Program-made: the position numbers and the translations under genes | The notes under the pieces: generated by a model | What the model saw: the letters and a program-made list of their open reading frames with translations, nothing else | Told to the model about the DNA's origin: nothing | The model's database searches: none | Source: Trichoplax adhaerens | Taxonomy: Eukaryota; Animalia; Placozoa | Reading direction: 5' to 3' | NCBI RefSeq assembly: GCF_000150275.1 | Contig: NW_002060945.1 | Location: forward strand, 3,371,172-3,435,171 | Length of the DNA stretch: 64,000 nt | Shown here: piece after piece, positions 54,401-64,000 of the stretch | Numbering within the stretch: the stretch's first letter is position 1 | Layout of the letters: every line of letters begins with the position of its first letter

Positions 54401-56466
54401 AAGATTTATTGGAAGCAGATCCTGCCTTTAAATCACCCAAAATGATAAGGAAGCGGCCTGGTCGAAAAGGGCGCTCTCTGCCAACGATATCTGAGACAGA
54501 AAGGAAAAATCTAGCTGAAAAGATCGGCCCGGGAGGAAAGAAATTGCGAAGGATTGCCTCTGATTCTCTAAATAATTCTCGCAATTCTAACCCTGGTAAT
54601 TCACCTAAAATCGATATCAGCAACAACACTATTCCGGAGGTAGATGATGTCGATGGTGCTGAAAAGGAAGCTCCAAAGTTTGTAAAGCCACCACCACGTA
54701 TTTCATCATCGTCGCTCAATAAAACTTCAGCTAGTAAGCCATCCGATGATCAACCAGATTCGCCGAGAAGATCAATCATTAATACCAACGGAAGAAGTTC
54801 ATCGAATCTCAAATCACCTACAAGCTGGAATTCATCGCCCTCTACGTCGCTTGGTAGTCTGCCAGAATCGAGTCAAAAATCTTCGCCGGCCACATCCGTT
54901 AGTAGTAAACCACAAACCGATTTAAGAACAAATCGTCGAGTTTCATCATCTACAATGATCAGCCCTAGGTCTGAAACAAACGATAAACCAAATCAGAGAT
55001 TTTCACGTTTGACATCGAATAATGCACCAGAAGATGACAAACCAAGCCAGAAACTATCGCGTCTGGCATCCAACAATGCATCAACAGATGATAAACCAAG
55101 CCAGAGAGCATCGCGTTTAATATCCAGTAATATATCAGCAGATGACAAACCGAGCCAGAGAGCATCGCGTTTAACATCCAGTAATGCATCAGCAGATGAC
55201 AAACTAAGTCAAAGGCCATCGCGCTTAACATCCAGCAATACATCAGCATCAGCAGATGATAAACCAAGCCAGAGGTCATTGCGTTTAACATCCAGCAAAT
55301 CATCAACAGATGATAAACCAAACCAGAAACCATCGCGCCTGATATCGAGTAATGGATCAGCAGATGATAAACCGAGCCAGAGACCTTCACGTATTTCATC
55401 AAGTAATGCATCGGATAGTAAATCAAGCCAGAAACCTTCACGCTTTCCATCAAGTAATGCATCAGATGATAAACCAAGCCAGAGACCTTCACGTTTTTCA
55501 TCAAGTAATGCATCGGATAATAATTCAAGCCAGACGCCTTCACGTTTTTCATCAAGTAATGCATCAGATGATAAACCAAGTCAGAGACCTTCACGTTTTT
55601 CATCAAGTATTGCATTGGATAGTAAATCAAGCCAGAGACCTTCACCCTCTCCATCAAGTAATGCATCAGATGATAAACCAAGCCAGAGACCTTCACGTTT
55701 TTCATCAAGTATTGCATCGGATAGTAAATCAAGCCAGAGACCTTCACGCTCTCCATCAAGTAATGCATCAGATGATAAGCCAAGCCAGAGACCTTCACGT
55801 TTTTCATCAAGTAAAGCATCAGATGATAAACCAAGCCAGAGACCTTCACGTTTTTCATCAAGTAATTCATCAAATGATAAACCAAACACGAGACCTTTGC
55901 GCTTGACATCTAGCAAATCATCGTCGGAGGATAAGCCGAGCCCGTCCCCTACCAGTATTGAATCCAATGGTAATAAATCTACGAAAAGATCATCGCCTGT
56001 ATCAGTTAGTAGTCGATCTCAGGTAGATGGTAATCTAGTTAAGAATTCGCCATCGATCCCTATGCGTATCGCAAGCTCATCTACAAATCGTAATTCATTG
56101 TCGTCTGCACCTAATTCACAAAAGAATAATGATAACATTAGAAAACCTCCGGCACGAACTGTCTCTAATGGTAGAATGAACAATGTTAATGCAACGTCTA
56201 AGCCCGTAACGCCAAACGCTAGTAATGAACCCCCTCGAAGGACGCCAATCACAAATAGTCGAAGAACAAGCGATAACAATCCTCCTGTTAGAAAATCATC
56301 GAATAGTGTACAAATTAAGAGAACACCATCGACGACATCGCCTGTATCTCCAGTTGCTCCCACCAGATCGGCACAAAATTCAACATCAAGGAATACTAAT
56401 AACTCCGATCCAAATAAACGCAGGGTATCCGTAACAGCAAGGTCAAGGATTTCATCAAGCGATTAG
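33449..56466 (+). CDS. SEC14/CRAL-TRIO + ~13 spectrin-like repeats + long Ser/Arg-rich tail (SESTD1/Trio/kalirin N-terminal family, no RhoGEF), 29 exons, ~2,347 aa
   Basis: Exons 33449-33557, 34013-34075, 34543-34660, 36180-36270, 39560-39667, 42915-43031, 45486-45613, 45990-46263, 46813-46935, 47074-47265, 47358-47535, 47725-47903, 48010-48129, 48249-48440, 48530-48895, 49050-49169, 49379-49570, 49661-49987, 50278-50400, 50535-50726, 51095-51250, 51421-51576, 51732-51848, 51976-52149, 52309-52647, 53001-53123, 53323-53514, 53890-54216, 54319-56466. All are GT-AG, phases are consistent, and the total is 7044 nt. Trio/kalirin-type SEC14 motifs: DILNILRSRIAFLSGGVDKRGGPVITFP, GFTVIIDVRG, VIRPDSFVERQK, QLTSDLHGNLAYDHDNWVEIR. 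Spectrin motifs include V.AWV...DIGDSY.SV......H..FE and L...GHYAS.EI. Confidence 0.88.
35150..36000. repeat. Intronic minisatellite, ~65-72 bp units with ~205 bp higher-order period (intron 3 of SEC14-spectrin gene)
   Basis: Core C(C/G)TTA(A/G)A(C/T)T(C/T)T..TAAA.ATCAACTAGTGA at ~35269, 35334, 35399, 35469, 35539, 35603, 35675, 35747, 35859 and 35921. The TATATCGTTAGACTTTGT variant recurs at ~35534 and ~35743. Confidence 0.8.
38620..39290. repeat. Intronic minisatellite, ~110 bp units (~6 copies; intron 4)
   Basis: AGGAAAGTA..TT.TTCGAAGATATTATCCATT.AA..ACGG..ACTCCATCTC.TCTTAA.TT.ACATT....AGTAAATAATAA at ~38627, 38736 and 38846, with more degenerate copies to ~39290. Confidence 0.8.
39880..41190. 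repeat. Two adjacent intronic minisatellites (intron 5): ~165-180 bp unit x ~4 (39880-40580) and ~62-70 bp unit x ~7 (40700-41190)
   Basis: First family: GATGAATCT.TCGTCG(A/G)AAATTTAAA.TAGG..TGTTT.CTTTA..AATCGTGAGCT.ACATGAT.GTAG at ~40107, 40273 and 40450, partial at ~39880. Second family: AATAATCAATCGTTTT.AATCTT.GCT.ATT.AACTTTT at ~40705, 40767, 40838, 40903, 40978 and 41076. Confidence 0.8.
43630..44860. repeat. Intronic minisatellite, ~17 units of 65-86 bp with a 4-unit (~290 bp) higher-order repeat (intron 6)
   Basis: Conserved core TACTTACATGATTTAATCTTGTCGAAGTAGAAAATAATCGA. AGTAGAA anchors at ~43811, 43884, 43967, 44048, 44114, 44186, 44266, 44332, 44404, 44475, 44555, 44623, 44688 and 44768, plus degenerate cores at ~43640, ~43726 and ~44838. 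The block 44170-44350 is nearly duplicated at 44459-44640. Confidence 0.9.
54980..55940 (+). repeat. Coding tandem repeat: ~18 units of 17-18 aa (51/54 bp), consensus (A)DDKPSQRPSRFSSSNAS
   Basis: Directly visible in ORF 54409..56466. The first ~8 units are 18 aa (xDDKPSQRxSRLxSSNxS). Later units are 17 aa and alternate DDKPSQ / DSKSSQ variants. Confidence 0.95.
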
Positions 56467-58415
56467 CCATAGGCTAAACCAATAATTTACTACATAAATA
56501 TTATTAATCGATACTATCACTAGCAAATTGTTTTTATCTATCGGTATGATAAGATATCTAGTAGTAATAGTGTATGAGAAAACAATATTTTTTATGGTAA
56601 ACACATAACAAGCGAATCGGCTTCGAAAATTACAATATTAGCATCTCTTTATATATGAATTCAATCAATCTTGATCCTATTTTTTATGAAGTTAGGAAAC
56701 TCTAAATAGCTATTTTTTTAATGTGTGATAAACCTATTTTTATTTAATGGTTGCAACGAATAGAAATTATAAGACCTATTTCTGTATACAAGTTTGTATA
56801 TTACGAAATCATGATATCGCTAATTGTATTGCAGTTAATCCTCACACTAATACAGTAAATGCTGATGGCTGTAAAAATTGTTTACTAGATAACAGCATAA
56901 TAAAACTGTATTATTACAGATTTTTGCAATAAAAATCTCTATTTAGCTAATAACTCTGCAACGCGGTCAGCAATAATTTCTACCTGATCTTGCCTTTTAG
57001 TGCTTTTCTACTACAAATCAAGAAAACAACTATTACATTACTATTGATAGCACAAGCCAATGTTTGGATTGATGTAAGAACTTCCTCAACCTAGTCGTAG
57101 TGATACGAGGTTAATATCTAAGATTAGGCTACCACCTTTTTGGTCTTATATACCATCTCTTATACTTTCATTCAATTACGATTATCATTTAGTTTTGTTA
57201 TACTTCTCATCGACGTAGTGAATGCACTAAAGCTGAAGGTAAGAGTTAATTGGAGTTTGATTTTGGGTGCTATCAACAATTCTAAACAAGCGATTGTTTA
57301 TTAGTCATAACTAGTCATTAATTTTCGTTCATTAATCGGCTAGCCAATACATAGCTTGAAAAGTAAACTTAATACTTAAAATTTCTTAAAGGATTGTCAA
57401 ATCCAAAAATTAATACAGGCCATCATTAATACTAAAATATAGCTTTATTAACAGTGATATCAATAAAATATGGCAAAAATTGCATATTATGTATCTGTAA
57501 ATAATTATATTAGGTGCCTTTATTATATTTCAGTATAATTGAGAAATAAATGACACTATATACACGTATAGGCAATCTATAGTACATTAGCCATTTTAGA
57601 TTGGTGGATACTCTCATTACTTTACATAAAAGGATATAAACAGGAATAGAAATGTTTCGTTAGCTAGAAATGATTTAATATATGTAAATTTATCAGTAAA
57701 TGCAAAGATATCAAATTATTAATGAATAAAAGCAGTTAGAATAAGATTCACATGGAAAAAGAGGGAAAGTTTTTAATTTTTCGCCAAAAAATACTTTTAC
57801 ATAGTCCTGTAACCTCTTTAATTAGTTGTATGGCAGTTAATTTAGTAAGTAGGTGTAGCCTTTCCATTTACGATAAATTAAACGCTTGCTAACACAATAA
57901 CCGGGTAAGTAACTATCACTAGTACGTTAAATCTCCTTTTACATATAAATTATATATTCTCTCCAATCTTTAAATTATTTAATATTAATTATAATTATAG
58001 AAGTTTCTAAATAGAAGGGAGGAATATTAAAACAGGCTTACATGAATAAATAGTGGTGTGCTGCCCCGTATTAAGATACAGCATAGTAACCCATTAAAGC
58101 ATTATATAGAGTAACAGTTTGTTAGGCATGAAAGTATATAAGATATGCCTTCATCATACCACTATACAGCTTTGAAGTTAAATAATACTTCGATGGTTAA
58201 ACTAAGTTAATAAAGTTTACATCAAGTTGCGATCGATCATCTAGCATAACTATGAGAATAAAGTCATTAATCGTTAGAGCAACTGAATAAAAGAATATTA
58301 TTGGAAAGTATTCACAACAAGATTAAATGCTCTAGAACAGTATTATTAGTTAAATGGCTATTTCCTACGTTCTTACTCCAATAAGACAGTTAAAGCTTTA
58401 AAGCAACTGAGTATT

Positions 58416-59879
58416 CTACCTCTCTTTAATGCCTAAAGTTACCCCATTCGATGCAGATAACGTTATTTTAGGCTCAATTCGTAAGGGAATTTCAGTTTCT
58501 TGTACTGGTTCGAACATCATATCTTGTAACACCTTCACCAATGCCATTTTAGCTTCCATAATTGCTAATCTCATTCCAATACAATTTCTAGGACCGTTGC
58601 CAAATGGAAGATGAGCAAATGGATGACGTTTAGCTTTTTCTTCTGGTGTAAATCGTTCTGGTATAAATTTTTTTGGATCTGGCCACAACTTTTCGTTATG
58701 ATGGATACCATAAATTGGTATTGCAGCGACTACATCTTTTGGTATCAAGACACCACCGATCACAATGTCATTTTTCGCAATTCTGTTTACAATATATGCT
58801 GGGGGATATATACGTAATGACTCGCTCAATACCATGTCTAGATATGGTAAACTGGAGACTAATTCAGAAGTGACCGTTGTGCCTTTTGGGCATTTTTCGT
58901 CAATTTCGTCAAGAAGACGTTGCTGGACATCTGGATTCAGAGCTAATAGGTAAGATGTATAAGCCAATGCACTAGCCGTTGTTTCATAACCAGCCAATAA
59001 AAAGATAAAAGACTGACTAATGATTTCTTCATCAGTTAATTTACCATTTTGACCAGCTTCGACTAATAACTGCAGTAAATCGCGGCGATTTGTTAGACCT
59101 TGTTGTAAACTTTGACGCCTTTCTGCAATAATAGCTCTGCTAACACTGGCAATGTGATGAACGGAGTTTACTCTAGTTCGCATAAATTTACTGATATACG
59201 GATAAAGAGAAGGCATTATTGCACCTAAAGCCATCGCTAGATTTGAAGTACTAAAAAAACTAGCCGCTTGTTGTCTGATCTCCTGGCCCCTGACATCTGC
59301 AGTGACATGTACACCAAATGCAGTTGCCATAATAACTTCCATACTATATTCGCCATAAATTTTCCAAATGTTCGCTTTTCCTTGCTGCTTGTTTAAATTC
59401 ATTAATTTATCGAATAAACTATCGCATGCACTGCTAATAATAGATTCTATTTGCTTCAATTTAGCAGCGCTAAACGTTGGTATGAGCACATTCCGAACGC
59501 GTTTCCAGTCATCATCTGTGATTGCTAGGAGATTCTTGTGAAATGGTGGAGTAGGTGGTATAATAGGGAAGCGATTCGTGAAATTACTAAAATGCTTAAC
59601 CATAATATCTTTTACCATCGGCAAATCGGATATAACCATTACAGGCCTCCTGCCAAATAGAAGACCGTACACTTTACCATATTTCTTAATGCAGTTAATT
59701 TGCTTCGATTCTTTACTGAATGCACTTCCAATCAAAATATAAGGTTTAGGTCCGGGAATATTTAGCTTCTTAAAATAGCGAAGAGGATGAATGAAATAAT
59801 AGTGAAAAAGTAAAGTTAAAATTAACACTGCAGCTACCCAGGCAATTTGTTGTGGAGTAATATTAGCAAAAGTCCACAT
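58416..59879 (-). CDS. Cytochrome P450, clan 3 (CYP3A-like), intronless CDS, 487 aa
   Basis: The true ATG is likely 59879 (MWTFANI..., 2 nt after an acceptor-like TTCTTTTCAG). Motifs: TM anchor, IPGPKP, W-helix DDWKRVRNVLIPTFS, I-helix FLLAGYETT, K-helix ESLR, PERF and heme motif PFGNGPRNCIGMRLA. Confidence 0.95.
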   Translation of the reverse strand: MWTFANITPQQIAWVAAVLILTLLFHYYFIHPLRYFKKLNIPGPKPYILIGSAFSKESKQINCIKKYGKVYGLLFGRRPVMVISDLPMVKDIMVKHFSNFTNRFPIIPPTPPFHKNLLAITDDDWKRVRNVLIPTFSAAKLKQIESIISSACDSLFDKLMNLNKQQGKANIWKIYGEYSMEVIMATAFGVHVTADVRGQEIRQQAASFFSTSNLAMALGAIMPSLYPYISKFMRTRVNSVHHIASVSRAIIAERRQSLQQGLTNRRDLLQLLVEAGQNGKLTDEEIISQSFIFLLAGYETTASALAYTSYLLALNPDVQQRLLDEIDEKCPKGTTVTSELVSSLPYLDMVLSESLRIYPPAYIVNRIAKNDIVIGGVLIPKDVVAAIPIYGIHHNEKLWPDPKKFIPERFTPEEKAKRHPFAHLPFGNGPRNCIGMRLAIMEAKMALVKVLQDMMFEPVQETEIPLRIEPKITLSASNGVTLGIKER

Positions 59880-60610
59880 AGCTGAAAAGAATAATATTAG
59901 CACGTCTATGATTACCTTTAAAACTAAGTGATAAAAGGTAAGCTCTAGGCTACTACATCGAAAAAGTGCTTTAGTAAACAATGTTTCGTCGCAATAAAAT
60001 GGCTACCGTTATATATTAAGTAAAGACTAATTATGAGCAGAGAATTTAGTCAGAGTCTGTGCGTCCACTGGTCTGTATTCACTGCCAAGGTCATAGAGTG
60101 TTTGCAGGCTAGACAATATGGAAACTGGACTAGATATAGCTAGGGACTACTCTAAAAATTTGCAATTTTCTATAGTATTTACTAGCCAACTTGGGTCTGT
60201 TCTGGCATCCTGCAGTTTTATTGTATTATTATGGATAAATTGACTTTAAATAAACTCTATCTCTTATGTATCCTACCTATATAAATGCTTAGTTATAGTG
60301 AATACAACTATATCCTTTTATAATATTCAGTTCTACTGCTTTATTGCGCACGAAATTAATGTTTAATAACGAGAAAAATTAAGACTATTGAGGTGAGTAA
60401 TCTTATCTAAAACTATCGACTTGCCTTATCTTAGAAGCTCCTAGATTACACAATGTGATATGTCACGTACACACCACACATAATTACGCCAATATATTCC
60501 TGAAATAAAATTTCAATATCAGAACTCGATACATCAAGAAATTGATTATATCATAAGACATGATTTGTCAGCCTATCATGTCATATAATCAACTATTGAT
60601 TAACAGTAAT

Positions 60611-60710
60611 ACAGTGTATTTGACCTTGATTCCGTAGAGATTTGTTTACGAATTGCGTCATGGCGTCATTGGTAAATAAATCTAAACGGAATCAATGTCA
60701 AATAGACTGT
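60611..60710. repeat. Near-perfect 100-bp palindrome (50-bp arms, no loop) between the two P450 genes
   Basis: Left arm ACAGTGTATTTGACCTTGATTCCGTAGAGATTTGTTTACGAATTGCGTCA versus reverse complement of right arm ACAGTCTATTTGACATTGATTCCGTTTAGATTTATTTACCAATGACGCCA: 41/50 identical, ungapped. Confidence 0.92.
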
Positions 60711-61306
60711 GTAGTAATATCTCAGGTAGATGGACAAAGATTGTAGAGATAGAGAAAAGATCTTTATTAAAGAAGCAGATATACCTAGCTAGCAGAGATC
60801 AATTTTAGCATTACGTAATGAAATTAATTATACTCAATTATAGAGGAAAATAGCTGTATCTTTTGTACAGTTTATTAGTTCCATCTACTTATGCTTTTAG
60901 AACAGACCTGTCTATAAAGATGAACGATTACCGGTACTTTACCAGTATATCTTATTTATTCTAGTATAGTAAACATTTGGATTTATAATTCATTCTTAAC
61001 TATCATAACACACCTACAGAGGGACAGCTGCCATACAGTAAAAAGTGAAATCGAACTTTTCTTACTCTATACAGCCGCCTGTTTGCTATAATGTTCAGTA
61101 TAAGCAGTAGGACTGTAACAGCATCTGCATTGGTCCACCTAAACTCCATCTTGAATTCATTGTCATAGCTACCGGTAAGCATTCTTTTAGCCAACTATAG
61201 TATCAATACACTCGTTGCATGCTTACCATATGATTGCATCATTAATAAAGTTATCATAGTTAGTTTCCAAGCATTTTTCTACAAAAGTATCCACACCCAA
61301 GATATC

Positions 61307-62785
61307 ATGGTCGGGTTGATTGATATTTCTACCCAAACTGCAGCTATAGCTGGCGTTACAATTTTATCTTTAGCGTACGCATTTTATCAGTACTTCGTTC
61401 AGCCGCTTTATTATTTTCAGAAATTAAATATACCGGGCCCTAAGCCTTCATTATTTGTTGGCACTGCATTTAACAAAGAGACAGGCGGACATCTTGGACA
61501 AATACATTGCATTAAAAAATATGGTAAAGTTTATGGCGGTTTACTAGGTGTAAGGCCAATCATGGTTATAGCTGATCCAGAAATGCTTAAAGAGGTTTTG
61601 GTGAAACAATTCAGTAACTTCCCTAATAGATATGCTGTTATACCGCCTGCTCCGGAATTTAGTAGAAATCTTCTTGCTATCAAAGATGATGACTGGAAAC
61701 GTATCAGAAACGTACTTATACCAACGTTCAGTGCTACAAAGTTAAAACAAATTGAACCGATTATAATCGACGCTTGCGATACTCTAGTAGGTAAAATAAT
61801 TAAAGAAAATCGAGAAAATGGGAAAGTTAATATCTGGAAACTATGTGGCGAATACAGCATGGAAGTCATTATGGCGGCTGCATTCGGTGTACACGTTACT
61901 GATAAAGTTAGAGGACAAAAAATTTGTAAAGCCGCGGCTGCATTTTTTGGCGGATCTGATGTAGCTTTGTTAATAGCATCAGTTGTACCTTCATTGTATC
62001 CTTTTCTAAGCTTTCTAGCTAGAGAAAGGACTAATGCAGTAAATCATACCGTTCAAGTCGCTAGAGCTGTTATAGCCGAGAGAAGACGAAATTTACAAAA
62101 TGGCCTAACTAATCGTCGAGATTTATTACAATTAATGATTGAAGCTGCAGAGAATGGAAAATTAACTGATGACGAGATTGTTAGCCAATCCTTCATATTT
62201 TTATTAGCCGGCTACGAAACAACGTCGAATGCGTTAGGCTATACGTCTTATCTACTAGCATTAAATCCACAAGCTCAGCAACGTTTAATAGACGAAATCG
62301 ACGAGAAATGTCCTAAGGGTACAAATCCGACGATAGAGCTACTTTCCGAACTTCCTTATCTAGATATGGTTTTCAATGAATCGTTACGAATATATCCACC
62401 AGCGTATATCGTAAATAGAGCTACAAAGCATGAAACAGTTATTAAGGGAGTTAAGATACCTCAAGGCCTGATAGTAGCGATTCCAATATACGGTATTCAT
62501 CATAATGATGAATTATGGCCAGATCCAGAAAAATTTATACCAGAACGATTTACACCCGAAGAGAAAGCTAAACGTCATCCATTCGCTTATCTTCCATTCG
62601 GTAACGGTCCAAGAAATTGTATCGGTATGAGATTAGCTATAACCGAAGCTAAGTTAGCTTTAATCAAAATATTACAAAATGTAGTACTTGAACCAGTAAA
62701 AGAGACTCCAATTCCTCTAGAAGTTGAACCAAAGTTAACATTATCTGTAGCAAACGGTGTAATAATAGGTGTAAAGGAACGTTAA
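61307..62785 (+). CDS. Cytochrome P450, clan 3 (CYP3A-like), intronless CDS, 492 aa
   Basis: Single ORF with TM anchor, IPGPKP, DDWKRIRNVLIPTFS, FLLAGYETT, ESLR, PERF and PFGNGPRNCIGMRLA. Clear paralog of the 58416-59879 gene in opposite orientation. Confidence 0.97.
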   Translation: MVGLIDISTQTAAIAGVTILSLAYAFYQYFVQPLYYFQKLNIPGPKPSLFVGTAFNKETGGHLGQIHCIKKYGKVYGGLLGVRPIMVIADPEMLKEVLVKQFSNFPNRYAVIPPAPEFSRNLLAIKDDDWKRIRNVLIPTFSATKLKQIEPIIIDACDTLVGKIIKENRENGKVNIWKLCGEYSMEVIMAAAFGVHVTDKVRGQKICKAAAAFFGGSDVALLIASVVPSLYPFLSFLARERTNAVNHTVQVARAVIAERRRNLQNGLTNRRDLLQLMIEAAENGKLTDDEIVSQSFIFLLAGYETTSNALGYTSYLLALNPQAQQRLIDEIDEKCPKGTNPTIELLSELPYLDMVFNESLRIYPPAYIVNRATKHETVIKGVKIPQGLIVAIPIYGIHHNDELWPDPEKFIPERFTPEEKAKRHPFAYLPFGNGPRNCIGMRLAITEAKLALIKILQNVVLEPVKETPIPLEVEPKLTLSVANGVIIGVKER

Positions 62786-64000
62786 AAATCATCTGATGTA
62801 ATCACTTTAATTTTCTAATTCATCAATGCTGTACTCTCGTTTGAGTTTTCTACCTTTGCGTTTAACTACTTATAACATAATAATGTCACATTTTAAGTAG
62901 TAATTGTTGTATAAAGTGAGTGAAATTTATATCTCCAATTCGATATTTTTATACTTTATATTTATGATTACTAGTAGAATCCACACTCGTAATATTTCAG
63001 GTACTGCATCCACTTATACTTTTTACTTTACAATCTAGATATATCTGCATCCTGTTATTATTATAATTACATGCTAAAAGTTGCAGATCGATTGTATCAA
63101 CTGTAAACCTATTCAAGGTTATACACAATATATCAATGCAATAATGCATGAATAAATTTGCGTGAAAGAAAATTTATAGTATAGTATAGTACTATACTAT
63201 ACAGTAGTAAGTATTAGTAATTCTTGTAATTGGTCGTAACGTATATATATCGATTATTCTGTATATAAACTATGTGAACTTATAGCACAGTATACATCGC
63301 ATATAACAATACAATGTCGACCTTTAATTACTTACTACATACTTTTACGATTATAATAAAATCTATTCCAATTGTGGTTATCCTATCAATCGATTTCTAC
63401 GCAATATGTGTGAAGGGAAACGAAGAGAAATGAAAAGAATTTCATGGTCGTAATTACTGTCTGTAAATCACGAGATTTATGTGGCATAAGATATGAATCA
63501 ATTTATATCATCACTCTCTATTCAACAAAATCTCGCAATTAACCACACGTAAATAATAAATGATAACTGATCTAGATAGCAGATATTTTAATAAGATAGT
63601 GACTAAAATCGCTGTGCACGCTGGCTATATGGCAATTATAATTTTAAATGAATTGACGGCCATGATTTATGTACGTTACTTGGTACGAACATAATAAATA
63701 TACTCGTACTTTAAAAATATTACTATTCTAGAAGGGCTTTCTAACTCTCATGGCTGTAGGTTATGCCATTCAATATTGCAATGAAGTAACTACAAGGCAT
63801 CATTATATGCACAATTTTTTTTTAGCATACTGTATTAAATACGTAAAATACATAGGTTTCCATTACTATGAGGATCAGATTTTGACATCCTCAGTTTACT
63901 TGTATGGCCAAGAGTCCATGAAGCGTGGGTAAAGATAAAAGTACCTTAAAATATCTACCGAAAGAACAGTTCCAGTTACTCAATGCTGATTTAAAGTAAA

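Noticed and set aside
54965-55967. Long antisense and alternate-frame ORFs (314 aa, 184 aa, 128 aa) over the Ser-rich exon
   Set aside because: Shadows of a 51/54-bp coding repeat whose unit lacks stops in those frames. They begin and end with the repeat.
59880-59981. 34-aa N-terminal extension of the minus-strand P450 in the ORF track
   Set aside because: It starts at a non-ATG codon, is absent from the paralog, and ends in a polypyrimidine-CAG acceptor, so it is likely intron or UTR.

Overview
AT-rich eukaryotic (animal) genomic DNA with compact genes and short GT-AG introns. The style resembles a placozoan (Trichoplax-like) genome, which is an inference. Genes reconstructed by hand: mitochondrial EF-Ts (TSFM, +), CCDC124/Lso2 (-), guanylate kinase (+), and a 20-exon thioredoxin + 3xNDPK + acidic-tail protein of the NME8/NME9 / outer-arm dynein IC1 type (-) with an RFX X-box just upstream of its ATG. 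Next is a 29-exon, ~2,350-aa SEC14/CRAL-TRIO + spectrin-repeat protein (+) with a Trio/kalirin/SESTD1-type N-terminus and no RhoGEF domain, ending in a ~715-aa Ser/Arg-rich repetitive tail. The window ends with a head-to-head pair of clan-3 cytochrome P450s with intronless CDSs, separated by a ~100-bp palindrome. Several unrelated minisatellite arrays lie upstream of CCDC124 and in or near the large 5' introns of the SEC14-spectrin gene. The most novel-looking items are the architecture and modular exon structure of the SEC14-spectrin protein, the palindrome-centred P450 pair, and two orphan ORF candidates. No rRNA, tRNA, CRISPR or transposase was recognised. All coordinates were read by eye and no database search was run.
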